DNA of 64,000 nt from Eledone cirrhosa (GCA_964016885.1 OZ024757.1:24304001-24368000), one strand, 5' to 3'; numbered from the stretch's first letter, positions 37,879 through 51,280 are shown. Notes: generated from the letters alone by a model not told the origin. A program made the numbers and translations.

Positions 37879-38697
37879 CTCTGCCAATTCGCCGCCTATA
37901 TTTGAACATATACCAAGGAAATCAACGAAAGAAGGAAGTCTTTAATGATGTTTACCGACATGCTAGAAATAGCAGCCAAATCTTCCTTAAATCATGCACT
38001 ACAGTCTTTGATTTAAAAAAAAAAAAAAAAAAGCATTCTATCCGCCGTTCTAACAACTCTGGCAATTCGCCGCCTATATTTGATAACGCTATACAAACAT
38101 TCAAAGGTTTGAAGGTTTCGTCAGAAGCCTTGTATTTGTAGCACTCGTTGTATGTTCTCGTTGATATGTTCCGTTTGAAAGAAGTTCTTTTCCCACGTTT
38201 ATTTATCAACTCTGAATATTTCCTTTGTCCGAATTCCTTCGTATCAACTAAAGATGCATTTATTAAATAAACTCAACGATTTCCCAGAAATATAACTATA
38301 TTTAGCCTGTCATCATTACATTTGTAAATAAAGTCAACAAAGAAATGAAGGGTTTCATTGGTGTTTCTGTGTGTTTCTGGGTGCATCTGGGTGTTTTCAA
38401 CAATTGCCTTGACTCACTGTTTTTTATTTTGTAAAAGGACCTGAAAACTTCAGTGCTAAAATATACGAAAACAATATATATAAATATGTATATATGTATA
38501 TATATGTGTGCATGTATATGTATGTATATATGTATATATATGTATGTATATATATATATATATATACATATGTATATATGTATATATGTATATATATATA
38601 TGTATATATATGTATGTATATATATATATATATATGTATATGTATGTATGTATGTATATATGTATGTATGTATGTATGTATATATGTGTATATACAT

Positions 38698-39268
38698 ACA
38701 GTACAACCTGTCCCATGGTCGGGTCGTTGGCGACTCAACTGGCAACCCCACCAAGGTTTCTTGGTGAGGAGGGTGACTTTGGACATCCCGCAGGACTAAA
38801 AACAAAGCCTGTCAAAGAGCAAAGGAGCTCTTAAGGGTCAATGGCCATCCAAAATCACCGGGAGAGATGACCCCTTAGCCTTTGTCAAGGCAGAATTCTA
38901 GGAGAAGGAAAACTCTGATATAACACCTGCAACCCTGATGGTATCCAATGATGTTGACTTGTTCTTCTTTTTGGTAAATATCATCTTGGTTAAGAGAGTG
39001 GGACTGGCTTTGTGCAGTGCCTTTGCTCACTATAAAAGCTTCACGGCACAGGCATTGCTTTATATTTGGAGATCTCTCTGCACTTGTCGTCACATGGTAC
39101 CATGGGCCCAGCACTATGTGTCAATAATTGTCACAAGTATAGTGTTTGTACCAGAGTTTTCAAGTCGCTGGCTGGACTAAAAAGTCACACTCGTTCAGCG
39201 CATCGGTAGGGGTTCTCTTACATGGATATAAAGTAGTGGCCGTACTCGAAAACGAGTTGGCAGCCACC
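38698..39268 (+). mobile_element. 600-bp non-autonomous element
   Basis: Unedited sibling of 2316-2920, flanked by (ATGT)n. Confidence 0.85.
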
Positions 39269-39299
39269 ATGTATGTATATATGTATGTATGTATATGCA

Positions 39300-39595
39300 A
39301 GTCAGGTCTCCATCTGCTACTGTAGCCCAGTATAATCTGTTCCATGGTTGGGTGGTCGGCGACTAAACCGGCTCCCCATCAAACTCAGGTCTGGTGAGAA
39401 GGGTAAGTGGAAACCCAGCAGCACAAAAACAAGAGCTGTCAAATGGCGGATGAACTCCTCAGAACCAACGGCCCTCCACCCCAACTATGAGTTAAATACC
39501 TTCCCCAACCTGCAATTGGATAAGTGCAGTGAATACAGCTACACCCACTGGAGAGGTTAAACTACATGACAATCACACGTATGATCCTCATAACT
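39300..39595 (+). mobile_element. Putative RTE LINE 5' UTR fragment
   Basis: Similar to 49360-49610 and to the 5' end of the 600-bp element; lies upstream of the RT fragment at 40595. Confidence 0.6.
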
Positions 39596-40178
39596 GTCCT
39601 TTATCTTTCCTCGGCTTGTCACTGGACCCATAGCTGTGGTGATAGTGTGGGTACTGTAGCATTGCCATCTTTATGTGCAGATATTTCTTCACAAGTCCTC
39701 TTCACAACTCGACTAGTTGGAGTCACAAATCTCCGCGTGGCCGGCTTCAGTCATATTTTAACGTGCTGCGCTGCTGACCTGAACAGCAACATGTTTCGGT
39801 GGAGACTTGAGGGTCTGAACAGCCGTATTGAGGGACGCACTGCCGACCCATGCCACATGGGAAAGATCTAGAAAAGGTGACCTAAACAAAGCCTGTTCAG
39901 TTATCAAACTGACCAGCAACCTGCAGTTGGTAGCAGAGAATTCCTTGAAGAGATGACCGTCTTCTGTAAAGAAATGGCAGTCAATATATATATATATATG
40001 TGTGTGTGTATATATATATATATGTGTGTGTATGTATGTGTGTATATATATATATATGTGTGTGTGTTTGTATGTATATATGTGTGTGTGTGTGTATATA
40101 TATATATATACATTTGTGTGTGTATGTATAGATGTATGTGTGTGTGTATATATATGTGTGTGTGTGTATGTATGTGTG

Positions 40179-40209
<31 letters not shown>

Positions 40210-40278
40210 TTGTATGTATATATATATATACATTTGTGTGTGTATGTATAGATGTATATGTGTGTGTGTGTGTGTATG

Positions 40279-40309
<31 letters not shown>

Positions 40310-40390
40310 TTGTATGTATATATGTGTGTGTGTGTATATATATATATACATTTGTGTGTGTATCTATAGATGTATATGCGTGTGTGTGTG

Positions 40391-40421
<31 letters not shown>

Positions 40422-40486
40422 TTGTATGTATATATATATATATACATTTGTGTGTGTATGTATAGATGTATATGTGTGTGTGTATG

Positions 40487-40529
<43 letters not shown>

Positions 40530-40594
40530 TTGTATATATATATATATATATATACATTTGTGTGTGTGTGTGTTTGCGAGCGTGTATGTATATT

Positions 40595-41412
40595 TGTGTT
40601 CAGATGAATGGTGGGCTAAATCAAAACCATTCAATGTGGGAGTCGGAATCAGCCAAGGGTGCCTTCTGTCAGCTCTCATGTACATTGTTTACATGAACAG
40701 GATTGACATTCGCAGCCGGGTTGGAAATGGTATCATGACTGGTGGGTGTAAAATCAGTCGACTGGAATTTGCAGACGACATGGTGTTACTTAACTCGACA
40801 GAAGTTGAACTCTGATTTGCAGTTGATAAGTTTAATGCTGAGTGCTGCATGGCTGGAATGAAAATCAGTGCTGCGGAACTGAGACCATCGTCTTCATGGA
40901 AGCCTGCGCAGCGCAGTCTACGTCTGAATGGAGTTCGACTGAAGCAGATAGAGCAGTTCAAGTATCTCGTGGCCGTGTTCACGAGAGATGGAAGGCATGA
41001 GGCTGAATTAAGTGCAAGAAATGCAAGAGCTGGTGCAGCAATGCGCCTACTTCGGCATTCAATGATCAGAAGAAGGGAGGTAAGCGTAAAAGCCAAACTC
41101 GCTGTCTTCAATTCGGTATTCTTGTCCATTTTTACCTATGGTCATGAATCTTGGGTAATGATCGAAAGAATTCGATCGCGAATGCAAGTGGCCGAAATGA
41201 GGTTCATTGGAACGGCCCTTGGATCAACGTTACTCGATAGAGTGCGTAGCTCGGAGATCAGAGAGTCACTCCAGATAGAGCCGCTACTTCTCAGAATTGA
41301 GAGCACAGCTCCGATATTATGGGCATGTGGTTAGAATGTTTCAGGAAAGAACCACTGGACAGATTTTACGGGCAAAACCAAACAGCAGGAGACTCGAGGG
41401 TAGACCCTGGGC
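40595..41412 (+). pseudogene. RTE-clade LINE reverse transcriptase fragment (Rex3/Expander-like)
   Basis: GISQGCLLSALMYIVYMNRI, LEFADDMVLL, QFKYL, TYGHESW motifs; internal stop and frameshift. Confidence 0.9.
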
Positions 41413-41900
41413 AATATGGTTAAAAAGGTTTTGGGAAACTTGGTGTTCACGAAGATCGTCATGTGGATTGTAGGCAAGCCATCTGGTGTTCTCGGTGTTG
41501 TGCATCTGGTCCTGACACGTATTCTTTTCATCAGAAGAAACCAGATCGTCCCTGGTTCAATAGGTTGTTTCACTTCCTTCAGAAGTTTCTTTGCTTTTGT
41601 CATACGATTTTCTCGATCCTTTTCTGTTAAGATTTGGCCTCTACGCCTCTTGTACGAGTGGTAGCGGAGGTCCTCATTCAAGGCCAGCTTCATGGTGGAA
41701 GCTGCAACGCTCATTTCCCGCACTAAAGCTCGCATTCCCCTGACTGCGTGTTCCATTACTTTCTCCTGCAATTGCTGGCTACATTCTTGTGTACAGAGGC
41801 AACCAAAACGTTTGCTGTGTTCTTTTCTACAAGCCATGGTCTCATAGTCTCCGTTGCAGCTCTTAATTTGACCTTTTATTGCTATCACAGTGCTCAAAGA
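41413..41900 (-). pseudogene. Tc1/mariner transposase fragment (maT/DD37D-like)
   Basis: HTH region MRALVREMSVAASTMKLALNEDLRYHSYKRRRGQILTEK followed by frameshifted WF/SDEK...NTKFP. Confidence 0.75.
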
Positions 41901-42049
41901 GCATTGAGCCCCTGTCATGATTGCGGAATTCTTATGCCCGACACGAATCATCACAATATTCAGGTTGTTTTCACACTCCCATTTCAGACAACTTTGACAT
42001 CTTTAAAACTGTAGTGAAGAGATTTCACAATACCGTTCACTTTTCACAG

Positions 42050-42493
42050 ATACAAGGGTATATCTGAGAAACCGATCCCAAAATATCTAAAAGTTCCCTG
42101 GACAAATTCCTCCAAGATATCCCGGATAAACGCCCTACACCAGGATATGTCTCCAATAATTGTTTCTACTTTAGGCACAAGGCCAGCAATTACCCAGTGC
42201 ATTACTGGTACTTTATTTTATCGACCCCGTAAGGATGAAAGGCAAAGTCAACCTCGGCGGGATTTGAACTCAGATCATAAAGGGACGTAACTATGCTGGA
42301 AAGCATGGCGTCCAACCCTCTACCAATACTGCCAATCCACTCCAATAATAATGACTCTTTAGTAGAGTGGGCCACGTCGTCCAAAACACGACTAGCATGT
42401 GAACCCATAATCTGAAAGACTTCACCGGGTGGTGCTATTAAGTTAGACATAGCCTGTGCCAACACTGACCGAAACCTATCAAAATTATGAAGG

Positions 42494-42495
<2 letters not shown>
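42050..42495 (+). pseudogene. CR1-group LINE 3' end interrupted by a SINE
   Basis: LDKFLQDIPDKRPTPGYVSN-[SINE]-NNDSLVEW; 3' end matches the reverse complement of 29330-29375. Confidence 0.7.
42161..42339 (-). mobile_element. SINE family A with 10-bp TSD
   Basis: CTCCAATAAT at 42151-42160 and 42340-42349. Confidence 0.9.
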
Positions 42496-42531
<36 letters not shown>

Positions 42532-42542
42532 AGTGTATATAT

Positions 42543-42575
42543 ATACTAACTGCAGTACCCGGTAATACCCGGGAA
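42543..42575 (-). mobile_element. Helitron-like 3' terminus
   Basis: Reverse complement CCCGGGTATTACCGGG hairpin then TACTGCAGTTAGT; extent of element unknown. Confidence 0.45.
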
Positions 42576-43196
42576 AGATGGGGTTATTCGCAGTTCCTAG
42601 AGTGCGCCTGAAAATGCTAGCACCCTGGGTGCCCATACTGGATTTTCATTAGCAACCTTTGCTAGGTGTGTTTATGGCAGATCAATTTTTTGTGTGGAAC
42701 TATCAATAGCTGTTTAAGTCATAAGTCCTTCTTCCATTCAGCTTTCTTCATTCAGAGTGAAGTTTTAGCTCGAGGATTATCGAACTTATTCAACGAATTT
42801 AAGAATAAGAATAGCAAACTTACTGTCTTAGCGTTCACGTACAAACACAGAACAATTGAGGAAGTCATCGCAATTATTGAAGATATTATAACCGAGTGAA
42901 CATATTCAGGTACTGTTCAAGCACCCTGTATATCACCGTTTGTAAAGCCCTTCGAATGACTGAAGCAATTCAATAAAACCATCCCGTTTGTGCCCCTATA
43001 GTACACATACATCTAATCAAAGTGTGTATACATTTTTGGGGGACATCCTGCATATATTTATGTGCGTGTATGTATGTATACATATATTTGTGTATGAATG
43101 TATATATATTTGTCTGTGTGTTTGTATATATATACATGTATTTTTGTTTGTATGTATGTATGTATATATATATTTGCGTGTGTGTATGTACATCTG

Positions 43197-43235
<39 letters not shown>

Positions 43236-44309
43236 ATATGTATACATATATATTTGTGTGCGTGTGTATGTATGTATATTTATATATATATATATTTGTG
43301 TGTGTGTATGTATATATATATATATATTTGTGTGTGTGTATGTAGACATATTGTGTATGTATATATATATGTGTGTGTGTATGTATATATATATATGTGT
43401 GTGTGTATATATATATATGTGTGCATATATATATATATACTTGTGTGTGTATGTATATATATATACTTATAAGTATGTATGTATATATATATTTGTGTAT
43501 ATGTGTATATATATATATGTGTGTGTGTGTATGTATATATATACTTATAAGTATGTATGTATATATATATTTGTGTATATGTGTATATATATATGTGTGT
43601 GTGTGTGTATATATACTTATAAGTATGTATGTATATATATATTTGTGTATATGTATATATATATATGTGTGTGTGTCTCTCTCTCTCTGTCTGTCTGTCT
43701 GTCTGTGTGTCTGTGTCTATTTAAGTAAAAATGATAGTCACAGGTGGAATATTTTTTTGATATCCACTTCACTATGTAAAGTGTGACCTAGAGAAAACAA
43801 ATACCACCAACACCGCCAGCAACACCACCACCACCACCACTACCTCCACCACCACCAACCATAACAACAAAAACCTCTTAGATGTAAACAAACGCTGTCC
43901 TGCATATCGTAAAGGCAACCTCTCAAGTGGAACGTAAACCTTCTAAGTTGCATTCATAGTAATTCTTTGGAGTCAAACAAAACATAACATTCCAGCTTTT
44001 ATTCCCAATAATATACTACTAACTGTCTTATGTAATTGTTGTTGTTGTGGTTGTGGTGGTTGTTGTTGTAGTGTGGTTGTTGTAGTGAGGTGGTTGTTGT
44101 TGTAGTGAGGTGGTTGTTGTTGTTGTTGTAGTGTGGTGGTTGTTGTAGTTGTTGTAGTGTGGTGGTTGCTGTGGTGAGGTGGTGGTTGTTGTTGTTGTTG
44201 TTGTGGTGAGGTGTTTGTTGTTGTTGTTGTTGTGGTGAGGTGGTTGTTGTTGTAATATGGTGGTTGTTTTGTTGTTGTTGCCGTTGTTGTTGATGCTTCA
44301 GACATTATA

Positions 44310-44507
44310 CGAGAGTCGGCTGAAAACTTCATAGGCTGACCAATATACTCTCATGGAATGACCAAATGAGGTTTATTTTTCAACATAGTCCATGGAAAGA
44401 AACAATCCTGGTATAAATATGAAAAGTCGAAATTAATGTATGCAGCATTTCACAGCTCTAGCATCACTCCTTCATGATTAGCCTTTGAACTTTTCAGCTC
44501 ACCCTCT
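44310..44507. mobile_element. Internally deleted mariner (MITE)
   Basis: Imperfect TIRs CGAGAGTCGGCTGAAAACTTCATAGGCT / AGCCTTTGAACTTTTCAGCTCACCCTCT flanked by TA. Confidence 0.75.
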
Positions 44508-44554
44508 TACAATTATTTGTGAGTACATCATCGACTATATATGTACAATATTAT

Positions 44555-44731
44555 TGGCAGTATCAGTAGAGGGTCGGACGCCATGCTTTCCAGCATAGTT
44601 ACGTCCCTTTATGATCTGAGTTCAAATCCCGCCGAGGTTGACTTTGCCTTTCATCCTTACGGGGTCGATAAAATAAAGTACCAGTAATGCACTGGGTAAT
44701 TGCTGGCCTTGTGCCTAAAGTAGAAACAATT
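44555..44731 (+). mobile_element. SINE family A with TSD and (TA)n tail
   Basis: TATATATGTACAATATTAT on both sides. Confidence 0.9.
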
Positions 44732-45019
44732 ATATATATATATATATATGTACAATATTATATATATATATTTCATCATTTGACAATAACTTGTTAATTA
44801 AGAGAAGTCTTACTGCTGCTATTTCTAGCAACCACATACTTATTCTCCATTTGTTGACTTTTATATTGACTGTAGCTCTTGTGATACCACTTGTATCAAT
44901 AAAAATTAAGTAGTAATAAAAACAACAGATTAAGTCTCCAGCAAACACTCAATGGTCGTTAAGAGAGAAACAGAACATTAATAGCAGATACATACACGTA
45001 CATGGGTGTCTCCCCCACC

Positions 45020-45080
<61 letters not shown>

Positions 45081-45135
45081 TATATATAAATATATATATA
45101 TATAAATATATATATAAATATATATATATATAAAT

Positions 45136-45168
<33 letters not shown>

Positions 45169-45352
45169 AATATATATATAGATATAGATAGGTAAATATA
45201 CACGGGTGTGTATGATTGTGTATAGAAGATTATATTAACAAGAGGAATTCCAACTTTGTCTGATTTACTCGTTTTATTTACAATCCTTTAAAATATATAT
45301 AATGGTATTATAATGAAATAGTATGATAGAATATTAAATTCTAAGTGTTAAT

Positions 45353-45391
45353 TGAACAAGTACTTTCATGCTTTCGCAATCTTCAGGTTCA
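45353..45391 (-). ncRNA. Minimal type I hammerhead ribozyme
   Basis: Reverse complement of 45469-45507. Confidence 0.85.
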
Positions 45392-45468
45392 TGATATGTG
45401 GTGACAGTCGAGTTTGCAATTTTCAACTGACTTTTGAAAATTGCAAACTCGACTGTCACCACATATCA

Positions 45469-45507
45469 TGAACCTGAAGATTGCGAAAGCATGAAAGTAC
45501 TTGTTCA
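45469..45507 (+). ncRNA. Minimal type I hammerhead ribozyme (39 nt)
   Basis: TGAAC-CTGAAGA-tTGCgaaaGCAt-GAAA-GtaC-TT-GTTCA. Confidence 0.85.
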
Positions 45508-45629
45508 ATTAACACTTAGAATTTAATATTCTATCATACTATTTCATTATAATACCATTATATATATTTTAAAGGATTGTAAATAAAACGAGTAAATCAG
45601 ACAAAGTTGGAATTCCTCTTATTAATATA

Positions 45630-46215
<586 letters not shown>

Positions 46216-46393
46216 TAACAGATTAAAGTTAATAAATATTTGCTCTACGGTTCTTATATATTTGATATATATTTATCCTTATCGAGCCCTCTTTGGATTT
46301 TAGTCTTCAAATTTATTATTATTATATATGTCGATAAAATAAAGTACCAGTAATGTACTGGGTAATTGATGGCCTTGTGCCAAAAGTAGAAAC

Positions 46394-46439
<46 letters not shown>

Positions 46440-46546
46440 AGATTCAGGACCACGACGGCTGAGCTCCGGCCGTTTCAACAGCTAGATCCGAACGTACTCT
46501 GATGCGTTATGGTCCACGTGGTAACTTACCACACCCTCTCTTCTCT

Positions 46547-46587
<41 letters not shown>

Positions 46588-46657
46588 AATTAAGGAAATG
46601 TAACATATTTGGCCTCCTGTAATTTCACTTTATAATATATATATATATATATATATA

Positions 46658-47800
46658 TTATAAAGTGAAATTACAGGAGGCCAAATATGTTACATTTCCT
46701 TAATTATTTATTTCTGCAAACATCACACTATGCACATTTCAGTGGCCAGGTTGCGTAAGAACCTGGTGACATCTTCAGGTGTAAATTGCGTAATAGATGT
46801 ATACCAACGGAATGACGGTAAACTTTAAGGAAACAGGCAAAATAAAAATAAAAAACAGAGAAGAAAAAAGTGTGTTTATGTTTTTGGCCCAGAAACGAAC
46901 GAAGCACCATGTTGTTATCATGCCTCGCCGTCCCGCACCACCAACCTGATTCAACATCAAAGATGGATGAGTTGCATAACGTCGAGTGCTTTTCTCATAT
47001 ATAAACGAACTCCAACCAGAATTAAACAGAAAACATAAGTGGAATAGCAACATCACAAATAGAAATTAAGGACAAAATCAAGACATACAGACACACAGAC
47101 ACACACGCACACACTAAAAAAAACTAAAAAAAAACTAACAAGACAAATCGTTTATATCTGTTGCCTCTGTGATTTGTCTGAGCATTCCATCTTTTCTGTG
47201 TGTGGATATAATTTTTATCTCTATCTTCTCTAATGTACCCCTATGTTCTATTTTGGCATGTTGGTGGAGTACTGATGAGTTTTTCCCATCCTGGAGTTCT
47301 CGCCAGTGTTTACTTATCCTTTCTCCTATGCTACGGGCTGTTTCACCTATGTATGTTATATTCTTATTCCTACACTGTCCCTGAGTACATCTCATGCTAT
47401 ATACTACGTTCCTAGTTTCGCAGTTAGTTTGTGGGCTTATCTTGCAAACTATGCATTTCCTATCAGTGCAGGGGCTTCTTTGAAATGGGTATGTTTACTA
47501 ATTAGGGTTTTTATGGGAATACCTGGTCTTTCAACTAACTTAATATTTAATTTAAGCTTCTAAATCTATAAGCTAGTTCCCCTCTATGGGTTGTATTGAC
47601 AAACATTACACTCTGGTATTTATTGCTATCATACCATGAGTTTATTTTAATTGCCTTATTCCTAATTCTTTCTATTCTGTTCCAAAATGTTCTCCCATAC
47701 ATGGGGCAAGTTCCATTTGCATCATTTTCTACAATCTTTGCCCATTTGGTTATAGGTCCAAGTCTTGTCTCTCTGATTGTAGCCAGATGCGGTGGATGAA
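46658..47800 (-). pseudogene. 5'-truncated Penelope-like element: RT-EN linker, Cys motif, GIY-YIG endonuclease, 3' hammerhead
   Basis: Manual translation with frameshifts: WYDSNKYQSVMFVNTTHRGELA/IKLVERPGIPIKTLISK/YPFQRSPCTDRKCIVCKISPQTNCETRNVVYSMRCTQGQCRNKNITYIGETARSIGERISKH...HAKIEH...RQITEA. Confidence 0.9.
46723..46784 (-). ncRNA. Minimal type I hammerhead in the 3' region of a PLE
   Basis: Reverse complement TTACAC-CTGAAGA-tgtcaCCAGGTTcttacgcAACCTGGccact-GAAA-TgtgcA-TA-GTGTGA. Confidence 0.85.
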
Positions 47801-48037
47801 GTGTTGTATGAGGCTCACTAATTCTTTGGGGTTGCACATGCGGCACACGTACCTCATCACTCTTACTAAGTCCGCAACCAGTCGCATAAGACGAGTCCCT
47901 CTTTTTTTTTTATTATTATATTTTACGGTATATTTTGATGTTTATAGGTATTTTTATGGACCACATCCAATGTTCGCGGTTTTTCACTTTTTCCGGGTGC
48001 TCTAGGGACGTAACCCCCGCGAATATCGGGGAACTAC

Positions 48038-48145
<108 letters not shown>

Positions 48146-48831
48146 CATATATATGTGTGTGTGTGTGTGAAAGAGAGAGAGAATATATGTTTATTCTTGA
48201 GCTATATATATATATGAATGTGTGTGTGAGGGGAGGGAGAGAGAGAGAGAGAGAGAGAGAATATATATGAATATTATAACATTATTTGATGAGAACTATA
48301 AGAGAGGAGAGGTTGGGGAGTAAAAAACGAAGGCAAGTAGTAAAAATAAAAAGTAGATAATATCATCGCGTTCGTCAGCTTGCCACGTCTAATGTCATTG
48401 TGAAGAAGATCTAGCTACATAAAGCTGTGTCTAGTCTTTATTGACAGAGAGAGATAGACTGGGTGTGTCAAAATTACTGTGTTACAGCTGTTAACTGAAG
48501 CCCGACCGAACGAACGATCCACGAAACCGACCAACCGACCGACCGAACCACTGAAAGGGTAAACGACCGTGAGACTAAAACAAGCAGACGACTTTTATGT
48601 TAACTTCATTAGCATATCTGCTGCTATCTTTAACTTTTGAATCTACTTAGAAAATAAAAAGAAAAGAAAAGAAAGAAGGAAATGTAAGAAAGACGAACGA
48701 ATGGGAAAAATATATATATTTGCCACACAGACATTTTAGCCTTTGTTTCAGCGAAGTTATTAAATAAAGTCCGTGGGAAAGAGATGGTTATTATATCATT
48801 AGAATTATCCACCCTCTATCTGTCTCTCTTT

Positions 48832-48872
<41 letters not shown>

Positions 48873-49002
48873 AATAACTAGTAGTAGTAGTAGTAGTAGT
48901 ACTCCTACTACTACTAGTAAGAAGAAGAACCAAAGCACATCCTACCTCTTAAAAATATTGAAGCAGGCAAAAGATAATATGGTTCTAATTGTCAAATGGT
49001 CA

Positions 49003-49367
49003 AGTCAGATCAGACTTCTGCCTGCTACTGGTACGGTATAGCCAGATCAGGCTTCTGTCTGCTACTGGTACGGTATAGTCAGATCAGGCTTCTGTCTGCG
49101 ACTGGTACGGTATAGTCAGATCAGGCTTCTGTCTGCTACTGGTACGGTATAGTCAGATCAGGCTTCTGTCTGCTACTGGTACGGTATAGTCAGATCAGGC
49201 TTCTGTCTGCTACTGGTACGGTATAGTCAGATCAGGCTTCTGTCTGCTACTGGTACGGTATAGTCAGATCAGACTTCTGTCTGCTACTGGTACGGTATAG
49301 TCAGATCAGGCTTCTGTCTGCGACTGGTACGGTGTGGTCAGATCAGGCTTCTGCCTGCCACTGGTAC
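49003..49367 (+). repeat. 37-bp minisatellite, ~10 copies
   Basis: Unit GTCAGATCAGGCTTCTGTCTGCTACTGGTACGGTATA. Confidence 0.95.
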
Positions 49368-49930
49368 CTTGTAACCCCAGTACAACCTGCTTCATTGTCA
49401 AGTAGTCGGTGACTATACCAGCTCCCCAACAAGACACTGATCTGCTGTGGAGGGTAAGTGGAACCTCAGCAGCACAAAAAACGAGAGAAGGGCGGATGAA
49501 CTTCTCAGGGTCAACGGAGATCCGCTCGTACTATGACTTCAATATCCTAACCAACCCACAATTGGCTAAGCATGGTGAGGCCGTTTATACACATGACATG
49601 ACCAAATCCAAACAGAAAGTGGTGAAGCTCAACCAGGGAAGGGTCGGTCCCTCTAACATGAGTGAGAAGGCTCTGGACTGGACTGGATTGGAATTGTCAT
49701 AGCAGGGCCTGTATGAAGCTGGTAATAGATAAGAGATATGTAGACGCCATTTTAGACTGATCATAGGCACAGACATGTGAAATATAGGATCCATAAGCAA
49801 TTTTAATATGTATGTATTGAATGGTAACTCCTGGTGGAGTTGTAAGAAAGCCATAGGGACATACAGCGTCTCTTGGGTATATTAAACCTGGCAGGGCCCA
49901 TCTTCTCTGCAGGTCTGAGAACAGTCGATT
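49337..49930 (+). mobile_element. Putative RTE LINE 5' UTR and degraded start of ORF
   Basis: Similar to 39300-39595 (GGGTAAGTGGAA.C.CAGCAGCACAAAAA, GGCGGATGAACT). Confidence 0.6.
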
Positions 49931-49944
49931 CCTTCTCCAGAGAG

Positions 49945-50740
49945 AGAGAGAGGGAGAGTTATAGAAAGAGAGAGAGGGGGAGAGTTATAGAGAGAGAGGG
50001 GGAGAGTTATAGAAATAGAGAGAGGGGGAGTTATAGAGAGAGAGAGGGGGGGAGTTATAGAGATATATAGATAGATAGAGAGAGAGAGGGAGAGTTATAG
50101 AGATAGATAGAGAGAGGGGGAGTTATAGAGATAGAGAGAGAGGGGTGGGTTATAGAGATAGAGAGAGAGGGGGGTTATAGAGAGAGAGATAGGGAGAGTT
50201 ATAGAGATAGAGAGAGAGGGAGAGTTATAGAGAGAGAGAGGGAGTGTTATAGAGATAGATAGATAGAGAGAGGGAGAGTTATAGAGATAGATAGAGAGGA
50301 GTGGGTTATAGAGATAGAGAGAGAGGGAGAGTTATAGAGATAGATAGAGAGAGGGAGAGTTATAGAGATAGATAGAGAGAGGGAGAGTTATAGAGATAGA
50401 TAGAGAGAGGGAGAGTTATAGAGATAGAGAGAGAGGGGTGGGTTATAGAGATGGATAGAGAGGGGGGGGGGTGAGAAAGTGATATAGAGGTAGAATAGAC
50501 TGTCAGTACTTTTACTGGTACTTTTTCATTGACCCCAAAAGGACGAAAGGTAAAGTGGACCGCGGCGGGATTTGAACTCAAAGAGAAGAGACTCGGAAAG
50601 AACACCGCAAAGCAGAGTTATAGAGATAGAGAGAGAGGGGTGGGTTATAGAGATAGAGAGAGAGGGGGGTTATAGAGAGAGAGATAGGGAGAGTTATAGA
50701 GATAGAGAGAGAGGGAGAGTTATAGAGATAGATAGAGAGA
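49945..50740. repeat. GA-rich minisatellite interrupted by a SINE B fragment (50490-50613, -)
   Basis: Unit about GAGAGTTATAGAGATAGATAGAGAGAGG. Confidence 0.85.
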
Positions 50741-50904
50741 AAGGAGGCTAATGTTCTAACAACTCTGTCAATTCGCCACCTAAGTAATTTTAGTAATCAT
50801 TGCTATAATAAATATATGAGAGAGGGTGGCCATGGACGGCAAGAGACGCTGGTAGGTACCGTGTGGTGTGGTCATGTCCATAGCTGTATCTAAAGTGTCA
50901 AGCC

Positions 50905-51280
50905 AAAAGGCTCATTTGGCCGGTGTTCTTAGCCCGGTACCATGGTGTGAAGTGACTGAGAGTACAAGACTGCCCCGCTCCTGCAAAGGACGCCAGTCCA
51001 TCGCAGGGTTAAACCCCCACCTATTGCTGGTGCTTAGCCTGGTATCATGGCGTGAAGCGCCTGAGAGTACAAGACTGCCCCACTCCTGGAAAGGACGCCA
51101 GTCTATCGCAGTGTTAAACCCCCAGCTATTGCTGGTACTCATTTTCAGCTGAGTATACTGGAGCAACGTGAAATAAAGTGTTTTTTTGCTCTCGAACAGA
51201 ACACGCAACCCAGGAATCGAACCCAAGACATTAGGATCGTAAGTCCAACTCCCTTACCACTAGGCCACGAACCTCCACCC
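50905..51280 (-). mobile_element. SINE family C with internally duplicated V-like segment
   Basis: A/B boxes at 51205-51270; ~100-bp duplication 50930-51031 / 51032-51135. Confidence 0.8.

Larger units (their letters stand above)
45231..45629. mobile_element. Near-perfect palindrome (196-bp arms, 7-nt loop) with a hammerhead on each strand
   Basis: Arms 45231-45426 / 45434-45629, one mismatch seen. Confidence 0.9.
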
